From Azolla caroliniana (lineage: Eukaryota; Plantae; Polypodiophyta): 64,000 nucleotides of DNA. Positions 13,989 to 25,179 of the stretch are shown here, in pieces. The notes under the pieces are model-generated. The model ran no database searches. It saw only the letters and a program-made list of their open reading frames with translations, and was not told the origin of the DNA. The position numbers and the translations under genes are program-made. The stretch is from assembly GCA_043228905.1 (NCBI GenBank), contig JBHGNT010000016.1, positions 15,748,001-15,812,000 on the forward strand, in the 5' to 3' direction. The stretch's first letter is position 1, and each line of letters opens with the position of its first letter.

Positions 13989-13998
13989 TGGCGACCAC
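13989..13998 (+). promoter_or_regulatory. Primer-binding site TGGCGACCAC (probably tRNA-Arg)
   Basis: TGG-initiated, 7 nt after the 5' LTR. The identical 10-mer follows the 5' LTRs of elements B and C. The match to the plant tRNA-Arg(UCG) 3' end is from recall and needs checking. Confidence 0.8.
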
Positions 13999-15411
13999 GA
14001 TTCCTGTTTTTGCAGCGAACAACGGCACGGATGGATGTCTAGATCAACGCATGACCTGGTTACAGATCGAACTCGACGCCTTGCCGAAAGGCAAAGGAGA
14101 TGCGAGGCTTTCCAGCAAGCGGCGCAGGAAATTAGAGCGGATCGCTCGTTTTCCAACGTAATCCGGAGAGTAGCGGAGGACTCCCACTGGTTACAGCAAA
14201 CATCGCACCCGGACGACGGCAGCAACCTAAGCAGCCTCTGGGAAACCGAATCCCTTCTCCACGCGTTGGCAAACGGAGAAGGCGAAGCAGAGGCCTTTTC
14301 AGCATATGAATCGGACTCCGAAGGGGAATACAGCGTGCACACGAACTACCGTAGCAGCAACGAAACCTCGGGCGGACCGGAGGACGAAGGATCAGATACC
14401 TTACCGACACCGGAACCGGAACCGGAAGTGCTAACGCTGGAACCCCCGGAACCAGCAGAAGAAGAACGACCTCCGACACTGGAAGTCGAGGAGGAGAGGC
14501 CTCCGTCACCAGCGGGAGAGAAACAACCGACACCGGAATCAAATCGGGAAAGACCACCGACACCGGAGAAAATTCCGGAACGAGCACCAACACTACCAGC
14601 CCGCGCACCGATACTGGACGACGACATGCCGTTCCAGTACTCCAAGTATAGAGATGATCCAGACGCGGAAGCTCATGTGCACGCATTTGAACAGACATGG
14701 GAAGCCAACCATGTGTCCCAGCGACTGACACCGGAGGAAGAAGAACACTCTAAGATAGCAGAGTTTGGCGTCACATTGGAGGGACCGGCAGCAAGATGGC
14801 GCCGGACGCAGGACCCGTCTACCATCAACACCTTTGCAGATTTAAAAGCTAAATTCATGCATTTCTTTCAAAAGGAGGTGGACCAGACCGTAATGGTAGG
14901 CTTATTTTATACTATCCGGCAAGAGGCAGGGGAGAGCATTCCCCAATTTGTCATCCGGTTTCAACGGATGCATAGTCAGCTTACCCGTGCACCCCTGGAG
15001 GAGGAATTACGGACGATATTCCTAAACGCGCTCCGGGAACCCCTACGCATGGTTTGCAAGGTAATCGATTTCCGTACAAGTACCATCGACCAGGTCATTG
15101 ACCGGGTGAAAGAGATGGAAAAGATAAGCTCCTGGCTCACACTGGGCGCACTTCAACGGGCGTTACCGTCCGATGAAGACCTCCGGTTTCGGCAAGCAAT
15201 ACAGTGCACAACCTGCTTGAATTCCGGACACTCGGCTCTAGAATGCACTATGAGGACGCAATGTGTAATCTGTCAGTCCAAGAGCCATACGACGGATAGG
15301 TGCGAGTATAATCTGTTGACTCGGCAAGCACCGCCCGTCTGACAAATTGAGCCACGCAGCAGCCGGGATGAAGAAGACGAACGCTGGCGGCGAATGGACC
15401 GTGACCGACCG

Positions 15412-15535
15412 GCACAAGATGTCCGGTATGGCGAGCGACGGGAAAATGATGTCCGGTATGGCGAGCGACGGGAAAATAATGTCCGGTACGGCGAGCGACA
15501 GGAAAATGATGTCCGGTACGGTGATCGGCGAGATA
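15412..15535 (+). repeat. 30-bp in-frame tandem repeat (DVRYGERREN x4) in the gag linker of A
   Basis: GATGTCCGGTAYGGYGAGCGACGGGAAAAT repeated at ~15418, 15448, 15478 and 15508. Confidence 0.9.
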
Positions 15536-18500
15536 ACTATGACCGGCATGATCGGCACCAGGATTACAATAGACGATACGAACAGTACGACCGGGAGCAT
15601 TCCCCCGGTATCGTCAGCAACGGGAGGAATACGGCCGATATAACGGGCAACCCCGTCAAGAGTACCGTAATAAGAAGAGCTTTAACAAAAAACGGCATTT
15701 TAAAAAAGGCGGCTACCCCCGGGATCCGGAACAAGGTGCTCCATATAGCCAACCGGTACAAAACCCCGCGCGTACCGTAGGACCTGCCCCGGGTACAACA
15801 GACAATGCCGAATCTAGCAATGCCCGGAAAGCCTACTGCTACTACTGCAGACAGGAAGGCCATTATAGTAACCAATGCCCGGTGAAGAGCTATGAAAAAC
15901 AACCGACGGTAAATATGGTAGTCCCTGAGGTGGCAAACCTGCAGCAGGTGACCACAAGATCGAAGGGCATGGCCAAAGAATGGGAGACACAGGAGACCAT
16001 CCGCAAACAAGCAACGGAATTGGTAAAGAAAGCAAACGAGCAGAATGTCACAGACTTACAGCAGCAAAAGGAGAACACCGCAGGGCTTGCCGGCGGTAGT
16101 CACTCCGAGAACGAGACATGGCAGGCGTTGCAAGAATGCCAGATTACGTTACCACTAGGAAGACTCCTACAACTCGTGCCTAGATTCACGGAAGGACTGA
16201 AGACGGCCATGACGGCAGGAGAACCATCACCGGCACCGGTACTCTTCTCGAATCCGGAGGAGGGACCAACAGTGGTAGACACCAGCAGTCCGGTAATCAC
16301 TGCCATTGTAAAAGGGAAAGAACTCCCCGGCACAGTTATAGACGGAGGCTCTGGGGTAAATGTAATAAGCCTCCGGACGTGTGAGGACCTAGGAATCCAT
16401 GAGTGGGAGCCGTGTCCGTTCTGGTTGCGGATGGCTGATACAAGCTCAGTGCGGCCGACAAGATTAATACGGAAATTAGAAGTCACCGTCGGCGGGCATA
16501 CATTTCACATCTCGGCCGTAGTGCTACAATTACAGGCACAAGGCGCATACCCACTATTGCTGGGGCGGCCATGGTTGAAAACGGCACATATCAAACAAAA
16601 TTGGCGAAAAAATATAATTACCTTCTGGCGAGGAAAAGCCAAGGTACGGGTACCAACACAGCCAAGGACCAGCACTAGCAAGGAATGTACACCGTTGTAT
16701 GCGGAATGCGTCAACATGCTCGAAGGGTTCGCGGACGAAGAAGAAGCTCAATACCTGCAGGAAAACCCGAAGATCATACCCCTCTTCGAAATTGACATTG
16801 CCAAAGCCGTAGCACCGTACTTACCGCAACCGGAAGAGGCGGAAGCAGAACCAGATAAAGACGCAATCCGGGAGTTACGGCAAGCGCAGGAAGCGTTGGA
16901 ACGGGAAATGGCCGTTTCACAGCGCGTAAAAGCATCGCAATTGGAAGAGGTGAATTTAGGCACCACGGACGAAGCAAAACCGGTGCACATCGCCAAGGAG
17001 ATGAAGTCCGGAGACAAAACGGCGATGATAACACTTCTCACGGAATTTCGCGACGTATTCGCCTGGTCATACGAAGACATGCGAGGACTTGACCCTCAGT
17101 TATACCAGCATCAAGTGCACTTGAGCAAAGACGCAAAACCAGTGGCACAAAGACGGTACCGAATGAATCCCAATTATGCTGCCAAGGTCAAGGAAGAAAT
17201 CGACAAACTGCTAAGAGTTGGCTTTATCCGTCCGGTAAAGAAAGCGACATGGCTGAGCCCGATCGTAGTCGTACCGAAGAAGAACGGAAAAATTCGAGTT
17301 TGCGTGGACTACAGGAAACTCAATGCGGCTACGGTAACAGATGCATTTCCACTTCCATTCACAGATGGAGTGTTGGATGCCGTCGCCGGCCACGAGGTCT
17401 ATAGCTTCCTAGACGGATTCAGCGGGTATAATCAGATCCGGATGCACCCCAACGACCAGGAGAAAACGACATTCGTCACCGAATGGGGGGTATTTGTGGC
17501 CGTGGTAATGATGTTCGGACTCAAAATGGCACCAACAACGTTTCAAAGAATCATCATGGAAATCTTTGGTGAATATATACCGGCTTTTATGCAGGTTTTC
17601 CTTGACGATTTCGCCATCTATAGCCGGGAGGAGGACCATTTTCAGCACCTCCGTCTTTGTCTAGAAAAGTGTAGAGCGTACCGGCTAAGCTTGAATCCGG
17701 CAAAGTGTGTATTTGGCGTGTCCAGTGGAACTTTATTAGGACATATCGTAAGCCAGGAAGGTATAGCAGTCGACCCGGACAAAGTGAAAGCCATATTAGA
17801 AGCACCGGCGCCGGCAACGGCAAAGGCATTGAGCCGGTTCTTAGGCCAGATCTGGTGGTATAGCCGGATGCTCCGATACTTGGCCGACCTGGCTACACCG
17901 TTGCATGCCGCCGTACATCGGACACCATTCTAGTGGACCGATACTGAGGATAGGGCGTATAAGGCCCTCAAGGTACTATTATCGCAGGCACCGGTAGTAC
18001 AACCTCCGGATTGGAGTAAAGAATTTCACGTGTTCGTGGACGCCTCCGACATCGCAATCGGAAGCGTACTGATGCAGCTTACGGAACCAAAGTGGTACCG
18101 GCCAGTGTACTATGCCAACCGGAAGCTATCCCAAGCAGAACGGAACTACTCTACTACGGAACGGGAAGCTCTAGGAATGATCTACAGTGTGACAAAGTTT
18201 CGGCACTATTTATTGGGAAGGAAGTGTTCCTTCCATGTAGATCATTCAGCACTCCTTTACCTAGTGTCCAAGGCGTCACTCACCGGCAAATTGGCCCGGT
18301 GGACCTTACTGTTACAGGAGTTCGAGTTTGAAATATTCCACCGACCCGGTATACAGCATGTCGTAGCGGATTACTTAAGCCGATTGGAGTCCGGAGAGAC
18401 GGGTGACGGAGTACCGGATGAGTTTCCGGATGCGGAGCTGTTTCGAGTCACTACGGAGACGGCAGCAGATGACACAGTGGCCCAGGAAGACAAGTGGCTC

Positions 18501-19876
18501 ACAAATATGCACCAGTTTCTGAGCACAGGACTGCCTCCGGAAGAGCTGAACCGGGACGAACGGAAACGCCTGGCAGTACAAAGCCGACATTTCTGCTTAC
18601 TGCAAGACACACTGTATCACAAGGGAGCTGACGGCATATGGAGACGGGCGGTGCGCAACGATGAAAAGGAACTGATACTGAGGGAAGCCCATTGCGGAGT
18701 TGCCGGAGGTCACTGTGCCGAAGATGCGACAGCCAGAAAAATATGGCAAAGTGGCCTATGGTGGCCAACGACATTAAGAGATGCGGTACGGTACGCAAAA
18801 GAATGTGACCTATGCCAGAGAATGGGCCAGCCAACGGAGCAGGCTCGTATGCCACACCAGCCGGTACTACCACTCGAGCCATTCCAAAAGTGGGGGCTGG
18901 ACTTTGTAGGACCGTTCATGCCACCGGCAATGAGAACGGGTAATCGGTACGTTATCGTTGCTACAGATTACTGCACGAAATGGGTGGAGGCCAAAGCTTT
19001 ACGGGATAACACCGCTGCGTCAACGGCAAAGTTTCTATATGAGTACATCTGGTGCCGTTACGGATGCCCCATTGAATTGATAAGTGACCAAGGGGGGCAC
19101 TTTCTTGGACAAGTAGTGGAAAGCCTAACGACCTTCTATGCCGTGGTCCACAAACGAAGCACACCTTACTATCCACAGGTGAACGGGTTAGCGGAATCAA
19201 CAAACAAGACGCTCCAGAACATCCTTCGGAAGATCGTCAACGAGAACCGGACGGATTGGGACACAAAGCTACATAGCGCGCTTTGGGCATACCGGATGGC
19301 ATACAAAACGAGCATTCGAACAACACCGTTCCGGTTGGCGTTCGGACTCGAGGCGGTCATGCCGGTAGAATTTCAAGTACATAGCTTACGGATTCAGCTA
19401 CGAGAACGGCTAAACGAGAAGGAGTCGGAGACAATAAGGTTGACAACGCTGTGTGAGCTGGAGGAACAATGGTTGGCCAACATCCTACATTTAGAATTAG
19501 AGCAACGACGACGGAAAGCATTCGTCGACCGGCACAGGAAAGGTAACGAAAAAATGTTCGCAATTGGCAAACCAGTGCTAGTATTCCAAACCCGGATGGG
19601 CAAGATGCCGGGTAAACTAAGGTTTAGATGGACCGGACCATATTGGCTAAAACGGGAGTATAATGGGTCCTACCAGTTGGGGACACTTGCTGGCGAAGTG
19701 CTGGGCAAATGGGTGAATGGATTCCGGTTAAAGACATATAGAGGACCGATGCCTAAGAACCCGTTTGAGCAAAGGACGGACGACAACCACGAAGACGGCA
19801 GAGACGGCAAGCCGGTAACCGGAGAGAATGTGGCCGGTAAGGGTCCGGGAGGACCAACGGACATGTGACGTCGCAC

Positions 19877-19916
19877 TAATAATAATAATAACTAAAAAAA
19901 AAAAAAAAAAAAAAAA
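19877..19916 (+). repeat. (TAA)n plus A23 tract between pol and the extra ORF
   Basis: A run at 19894-19916, starting 26 nt after the pol stop codon. Confidence 0.95.
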
Positions 19917-20248
19917 CAATCATGCAAAAGCGAGGAATGAATGGATGAAAGAGCGTGGAGCGAAAAGGTACGTAGTGGGCATTTAAAGCGCCACCACATG
20001 ACATAATGCTATTTTAAGTACGCGACATGCACAAACTCGAAAAAGGCGCCAGAATGCACAGACAAAAACCATTGCGCGTAGAGACCCTCTATTTTCGCGA
20101 ACCCAGGAGCACAGAAGCACCGAAACGCTACAAGATTATCAAAAGAGAACCTGCGCACAGAGAACCCCCACCTTCTGAACTCTCTCTTTCTCAACCCCGC
20201 TCTCATCACCATCCATCCTCGCCACTGCAGTCCGACCCCGACACAGAA

Positions 20249-23008
20249 ATGGACCCGCAAACGCTGTCGGAAGCAGCCAAGACATGGCTGAAGCAACACG
20301 GGCTCAAGGGCTTCCTGATGATGATGGAAGTACTGCCACACAAAGAAGCCGACAAAGTGATCAAGGAAATCGATACAGAGGTCATAACGGCAGAGGCGAT
20401 TCGAGCGTTAACAGGCCTTCCGGAAGGAGGCATACTCACGATCGACAATCCAACCCCGGAGCAACTCATCAGGTATTTTGGTGAGTACTCTCTAGCCAGC
20501 AAGGGCGGCGGAGATATGCTGTTCCGCGAAATTGCTCGTGTGCTCCATGAATACGGCCACGTATACCCTAGACCCCCTGTCATGCCGCAGAACCGGGCAG
20601 GGATGATCATCGCCACCTATGAAGGGATCAAGGTGGATTGGCTGGTATTGATCGCAGATGGGTTGTGTGCGGCGATCGAGATCGTCAGAGGCAAAGACGG
20701 CAAAGAAGGCCGAGACGGACGAAGGATATGGCATGCCGTAACGCAGTGGCTCACCTTGCTGGTGCCACTCGTTCAGACCGTCCAGCCCAAGAAGCGAGGA
20801 AGAGTGTCAGACGGCACCCCAAGGACGGCTTCCAAACGGCAACAGCTGTTGGCCTCTAAGGCCAGTAAGGGAAAGGCGGCGGATGCAGACCAGGCGGCAA
20901 CAGGAAGTGGCAGCCGGAAGTGCCCAACAGAGGCGCAGGAGGAACCACCGGCACGGCCCGTAAAGGTCACACTCCGCCGACCGGTGAATCGAGAAGTGGA
21001 CCCCTTGGCGGCAAAACTCAATGCCGGAGCTCAGGAGGAGGAAATAGAGGAGGAGCCTACGGAGCACCTCCAGCGACGGTCGTCGGCAAGGACCGTTGAG
21101 ACAGCCGGGAAACGTTCGGACCCTCAGACGGAGGGAACACCGGCTCCCCATACTGAGACTCCTACGCCAAGGAAGGAACCGGAACCGGTGCAGAAGGAAC
21201 CGGAAACAGAAGCCCTGGCACCACCGGCAACACCGGCAAGTCCCATTCCGCCAGAGCCGGAAAGGTCACTGCAACCTCCCTCGGTCAGCCAAGAAGAAGC
21301 GCAAGGGGACCAAGGACAACAGGATGGTCCACGGGCAGAAACGGAACTGCAACTCGGTGCAACCAGGCGGGACCACCCCTCTACAAGTGAGCCCATCTAT
21401 CAAACCTCCGTGCAAGCACAACAAGGCACCGGTAGCCTGTGGCTCCGGTGGATAGGCGAACAGATAGCCGGAACAGTGGGGTATATAGAGGCGGAAGAAA
21501 GAGCGCAAAGCGAACGGTTGCTCGTCACAACAGAACAACTAGAGACGGCCCGGTCCAGAATCCGGTGCCTTGAGAAAGATTTGGATCAGGTCACGATAGA
21601 GATGGCTAAAATACGGATCCAATCACCGGTGACTCCGGTAAGTGTACAGAATAATGAAACGGAACGACCTGTACATAGGAATAAGACCCCGGCAACGGAA
21701 ACCGTTCCGGCGAGAGATGCGGCGCAAGCTCGGGAGCTTGCGGAATTGAGAGAGGAACTTGCCGCACAAGAAGCGCTAAGGAGCCGTGAACGAGAATTGA
21801 AGACGGCGGCCGAAGCCGAATTAAAGAAGAATGCTGAGAACCTCCGCCGGGCAGAGGAGAGCCTCCGGAAAGGCCATCAAGCGTACGACCGGCTAAAGGA
21901 GGAGAAAGACAAAGTGCTGCAGGAAAAGGACAAGCTGCGGAAAACGGCGGAAATAGAGATAGAACGGCTAAAGGAAGAGCTCCGCCAGCAGAAGGACCGC
22001 GAGGACCGGGCCCGTCGTCAGATCAACGCACGGCTCAAGCAAAAGACGGATGATTTTGAGCACCTACACCGGGACTACAAACGGCTGGAAATAGAGCATA
22101 AAGAACGGATGGCCGAGCTCCAGCAGGCAGTTGATCGGGCCGCAACGGCGATCGCCGACGAATGGGCGGAAAATACAAGACACTTGGAAGAGGCGGAGAA
22201 GGTCCGGATGGAGCTCCAGAAGCAGCAGTAGGAAGACAAAGAGAGAGCGTCTACAGTATTGCAGAAATTACAAAGTACATATCAAAGGCAATTGACGCAT
22301 TACAAGGCGCAGGCGGAGGACAACGTAAAAATCATCAAACAACTGAAGGAGGAACGGCAAGCGGCGGAAACCAAATCGCAATTGGGAACGAGCCGGATTC
22401 AGTCCATCCTCCGGGCATGGCTGAATCAGACGAAGCACTTGATTGATGAAAGCTCCGTAAAATGGTGGACAAAGTGGGCACAAAACGCGGTGGAACTCCA
22501 GTTGCTACGGGCGGATGTGGCAAACCGGCGGAAGGAAGGAGATGACTGCTATACGCTGACTTCCGAGGACTTCACCGCCATACGGGACGAGCTGGCCGAC
22601 GACTTCCAAGTCCTGGCAGATGAACAACTGGCGCAGGTTAGATAGCTCGTAGCTCAGCTGGACGATGATAGGCTGGACACTCAAATCCAGTTTGAAAGCT
22701 ACGCGCGGTCCCGGGTACGGGAAGAAAAAGCACAAGAAGCAACAATGGTTAACCTTAGTGATGAGGAACCGTCGTCGGCTGAGGGCCAGCCGGGAACCAG
22801 TCAACCGGAGACCACCACGACGCAGGGAGCAACGACGGAGACGCCGGTGTCAGAGCCACAAACGGAGGAGCAGCCGCAACAACCACCAACGGACCCGCCG
22901 CAGCAGACAACAACAGAGCAACAACAACAACAACAACAACAACCACTTCCAGATGAACCATTGGAGCCTCTCGAACAGAGCATTCTGGACATTTTGGACG
23001 AAGAATAG
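20249..23008 (+). pseudogene. Extra 3' ORF (ORF3) of element A, ~919 aa: N-terminal globular domain, Pro/Glu-rich linker, long coiled coil, acidic tail
   Basis: ORF-track pieces 20027-22231, 22259-22645 and 22745-23008 are all one frame, broken only by two TAG codons in Gln-rich context. Likely start is ATG at 20249 (MDPQTLSE), after a CT-rich leader. Confidence 0.85.
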
Positions 23009-23018
23009 CAAGGGTCGG

Positions 23019-23060
23019 TTGTGGTTTCGACGTACAAGGTACTGTCCCACGGGCGTGCCA
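23019..23060 (+). other. tRNA-3'-half-like sequence ending in CCA at the PPT position of element A (an inverted PBS)
   Basis: TTGTGGTTTCGA-CGTACAAGGTACT-GTCCCACGGGCGTGCCA, then 2 nt, then the 3' LTR TG. Homologous motif at 50511-50550 in element C. Confidence 0.8.
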
Positions 23061-23062
23061 TG

Positions 23063-23495
23063 TGTTACCGGCCGGCAAAGGAATCCAGAGTGGGAAACGG
23101 AGAGCTAATTAAGTAGTAGGAATGTGGTTGTAATTAAGCTATGAGTGTGGACGGACGGACCAGAATCGGTATGCCGTTCCGGATCCGGACCAATCCCGAA
23201 TAGGTGCGGATGGCACCGTTTTGTAATACAGACCGGAAACCTATTTAAAGGCCCGGATACAATGTAATAGTTAGCGGTTAATTAATGAAAGCTTAAGTGT
23301 TGTTATATCTCTGTGTCAATTGCCGTTCTGTCTTAATTGTTATATCTTACGCGTGTTATGAAGACGATCCTAATAAGTAACTTAACTAAGTCGGATTAAG
23401 CGTTGAAGTCTAATCCGGTTGCCGTAACACCCTTTGGTGAAGTGTCTCACGTAGACACCCTATGTTAGGCCATTGTCCGGCCCGAAGAGTTAACA
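23063..23495 (+). repeat. 3' LTR of element A
   Basis: Direct repeat of 13549-13981. Confidence 0.95.
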
Positions 23496-23949
23496 CAATT
23501 TTTTGGCTGTCCGGCCGGTCTACAGTCGCGTTGCCGTCTGTTTTGGCTGAGCTCCGTCACTTGGCCACTCTTCAGTCATCATCCGGTTGTTGTTCGGCTG
23601 CTGTCTGGCCACTTCCGGCAATCTCCATCACCGTCGTTGTTTGGCGTCATCAGGTTTGGCCGCCTCCATTCCGACGCCATTCAGCCACTGGGACCGTTCT
23701 TAGGTCGCTTTCCGACAGGTGCTCTGTCGCCTCTTGTTCTATCACCATCTCCGTATCACCGTCTTGGCCGTGGTTTGGTTGTGTCTTTTCGGCTCTTTTC
23801 GGTTGTGTCGCTTGAGTCTATTTTGCTTGCCTGTATCAGTTTGCTCATAAAACACTAGAGATTCATCTCTTCGAAATTCCTAAGATGGGAACATAGAATG
23901 ATTGGGAGAATGCCATTCAAACAGAAATCCATAGTCTCTATAGTTTGGT

Positions 23950-24718
23950 AGTTCGTTCTGTCTTCTTCCTTAATCATGTTGCATCCTTCAGAATCTCTTT
24001 CATCGGTAAGATTCGAAATGGAGAAGACGCAAACTGAAACCCTAATGACACAACATCATAATCATCGTAATCATTGTATTTTACTCCTGTTTCTTTGACC
24101 TTTTCCCCATCTCTTGCACATGGTCATTGCCATTGTTGCAATCTCGCACAACATCATCATTTCATCATCATCGTTGTTACACGCACATTTCTACCATTTC
24201 TCGCGTATTATTGTTGCATATCATTTCATAACTTCCTCTTGCACAACTTCATTGGATGACTTCCCATCAACATCACCATTTTTCCTTCACATCGTCATAC
24301 CATCTCATTCCTCGACTTTGTCTCACATATTGTGACTGCCATTTGTTGCACATCGTCAATTAGATTCTTTGTACATCATTGTCACCATTATCGCACATTT
24401 TGTTGTTGCCATGTCTTTGCCGCATATTCGTCTTTGACTTCATCTTCAAAGGGGGGTCGCCTTAGTGGTCGCCAAAAGGTGTTGTAGGTTTTAGAGTTAG
24501 GGTTAGGGTTAAGGATGATGATGGTTAACGATGACGAAGATAGACATGGTGAAATAGCAAAGATGATGAAGAGTATGATGGTGAGAGAGATTGACATGAA
24601 GATGTTGAGAATTATTGAGAAGCATTGCGGGGTAAGGATGACATTGATGAGCATTGTGGGGTGGGGGGTGGTGCCTAGAATGGCTCCACCCCCCTCCCAA
24701 GGGGGTTCAACGTTGAGG

Positions 24719-24757
<39 letters not shown>

Positions 24758-25048
24758 AAAGAGAGATAGAGAGAAATGTTCATTCATCCTTCATTCATTC
24801 CCCATAAAGGGGTTAAATAGTACAAGAGGGGGTAGATACAAAGGGGTGTAAGCCCCCTAGAGCATTCATATTGGACACTCACTCACACCTCATCGTATCC
24901 CTCCACATGCACACACGTGTGCATGTGTTCACATACATATCGACTCACAATTATATTTATGTTCCCTACACATATACAACATCATCATGATAATATTCGA
25001 CCCTCGCTCATCACACTTGACTCTCCGTACAGCTCGTACGGGGTAACA
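23950..25048 (-). mobile_element. 5' end of a different Gypsy-type element B: LTR 24480-25048, PBS 24465-24474, decayed internal sequence to the left (left boundary uncertain)
   Basis: The minus strand reads TGTTACCCC...(TATTTAA, CT-rich tract)...CTACAACA, then 5 nt, then TGGCGACCAC. Confidence 0.7.
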
Positions 25049-25179
25049 ACTCTCTATGTTGACTCTTCGACTGTCGGTTGTCGGTTGTCGCCTACTTCCG
25101 AACAGTCAGTTCCTCCCACTAGAGGGACATATTCCCAACAAACTCCCCCTTCACTCCTGTGGGAGGGAGTCAATCAATC

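Larger units (their letters stand above)
13948..19868 (+). pseudogene. gag-pol polyprotein of element A (stop at 15340, 1-nt frameshift near 15605, stop at 17931)
   Basis: Gag core (FGVTLEGPAARW...IRQEAGESIPQF), CCHC knuckles (CTTCLNSGHSALEC, CVICQSKSHTTDRC, CYYCRQEGHYSNQC), protease (IDGGSGVN), RT (VFLDDF), RNase H (DASD/EREAL/DHSAL), integrase (HHCC, WGLDFVG, SDQG, NGLAE, RWTGPY). Confidence 0.93.
13549..23495 (+). mobile_element. Near-complete non-chromovirus Ty3/Gypsy element A with an extra 3' ORF
   Basis: 433-bp LTRs at 13549-13981 and 23063-23495 (TGTTA...TAACA, about 9 differences, all transitions). PBS at 13989-13998. gag-PR-RT-RH-INT order. No chromodomain or second RNase H seen. 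Confidence 0.95.

Noticed and set aside
15595-15620. Programmed gag-pol frameshift in element A
   Set aside because: Relative C has gag and pol in a single frame. The shift in A falls in a C run and is best explained as a 1-nt mutation.
23073-23105. Purine-rich stretch near the start of A's 3' LTR as the missing PPT
   Set aside because: It is present in both LTR copies, downstream of the TG terminus defined by the 5' LTR and TSD, so it cannot define the U3 boundary.
24494-24512. TTAGGG repeats as telomeric sequence
   Set aside because: Only two to three units inside LTR B; such motifs are common in plant LTRs and leaders.
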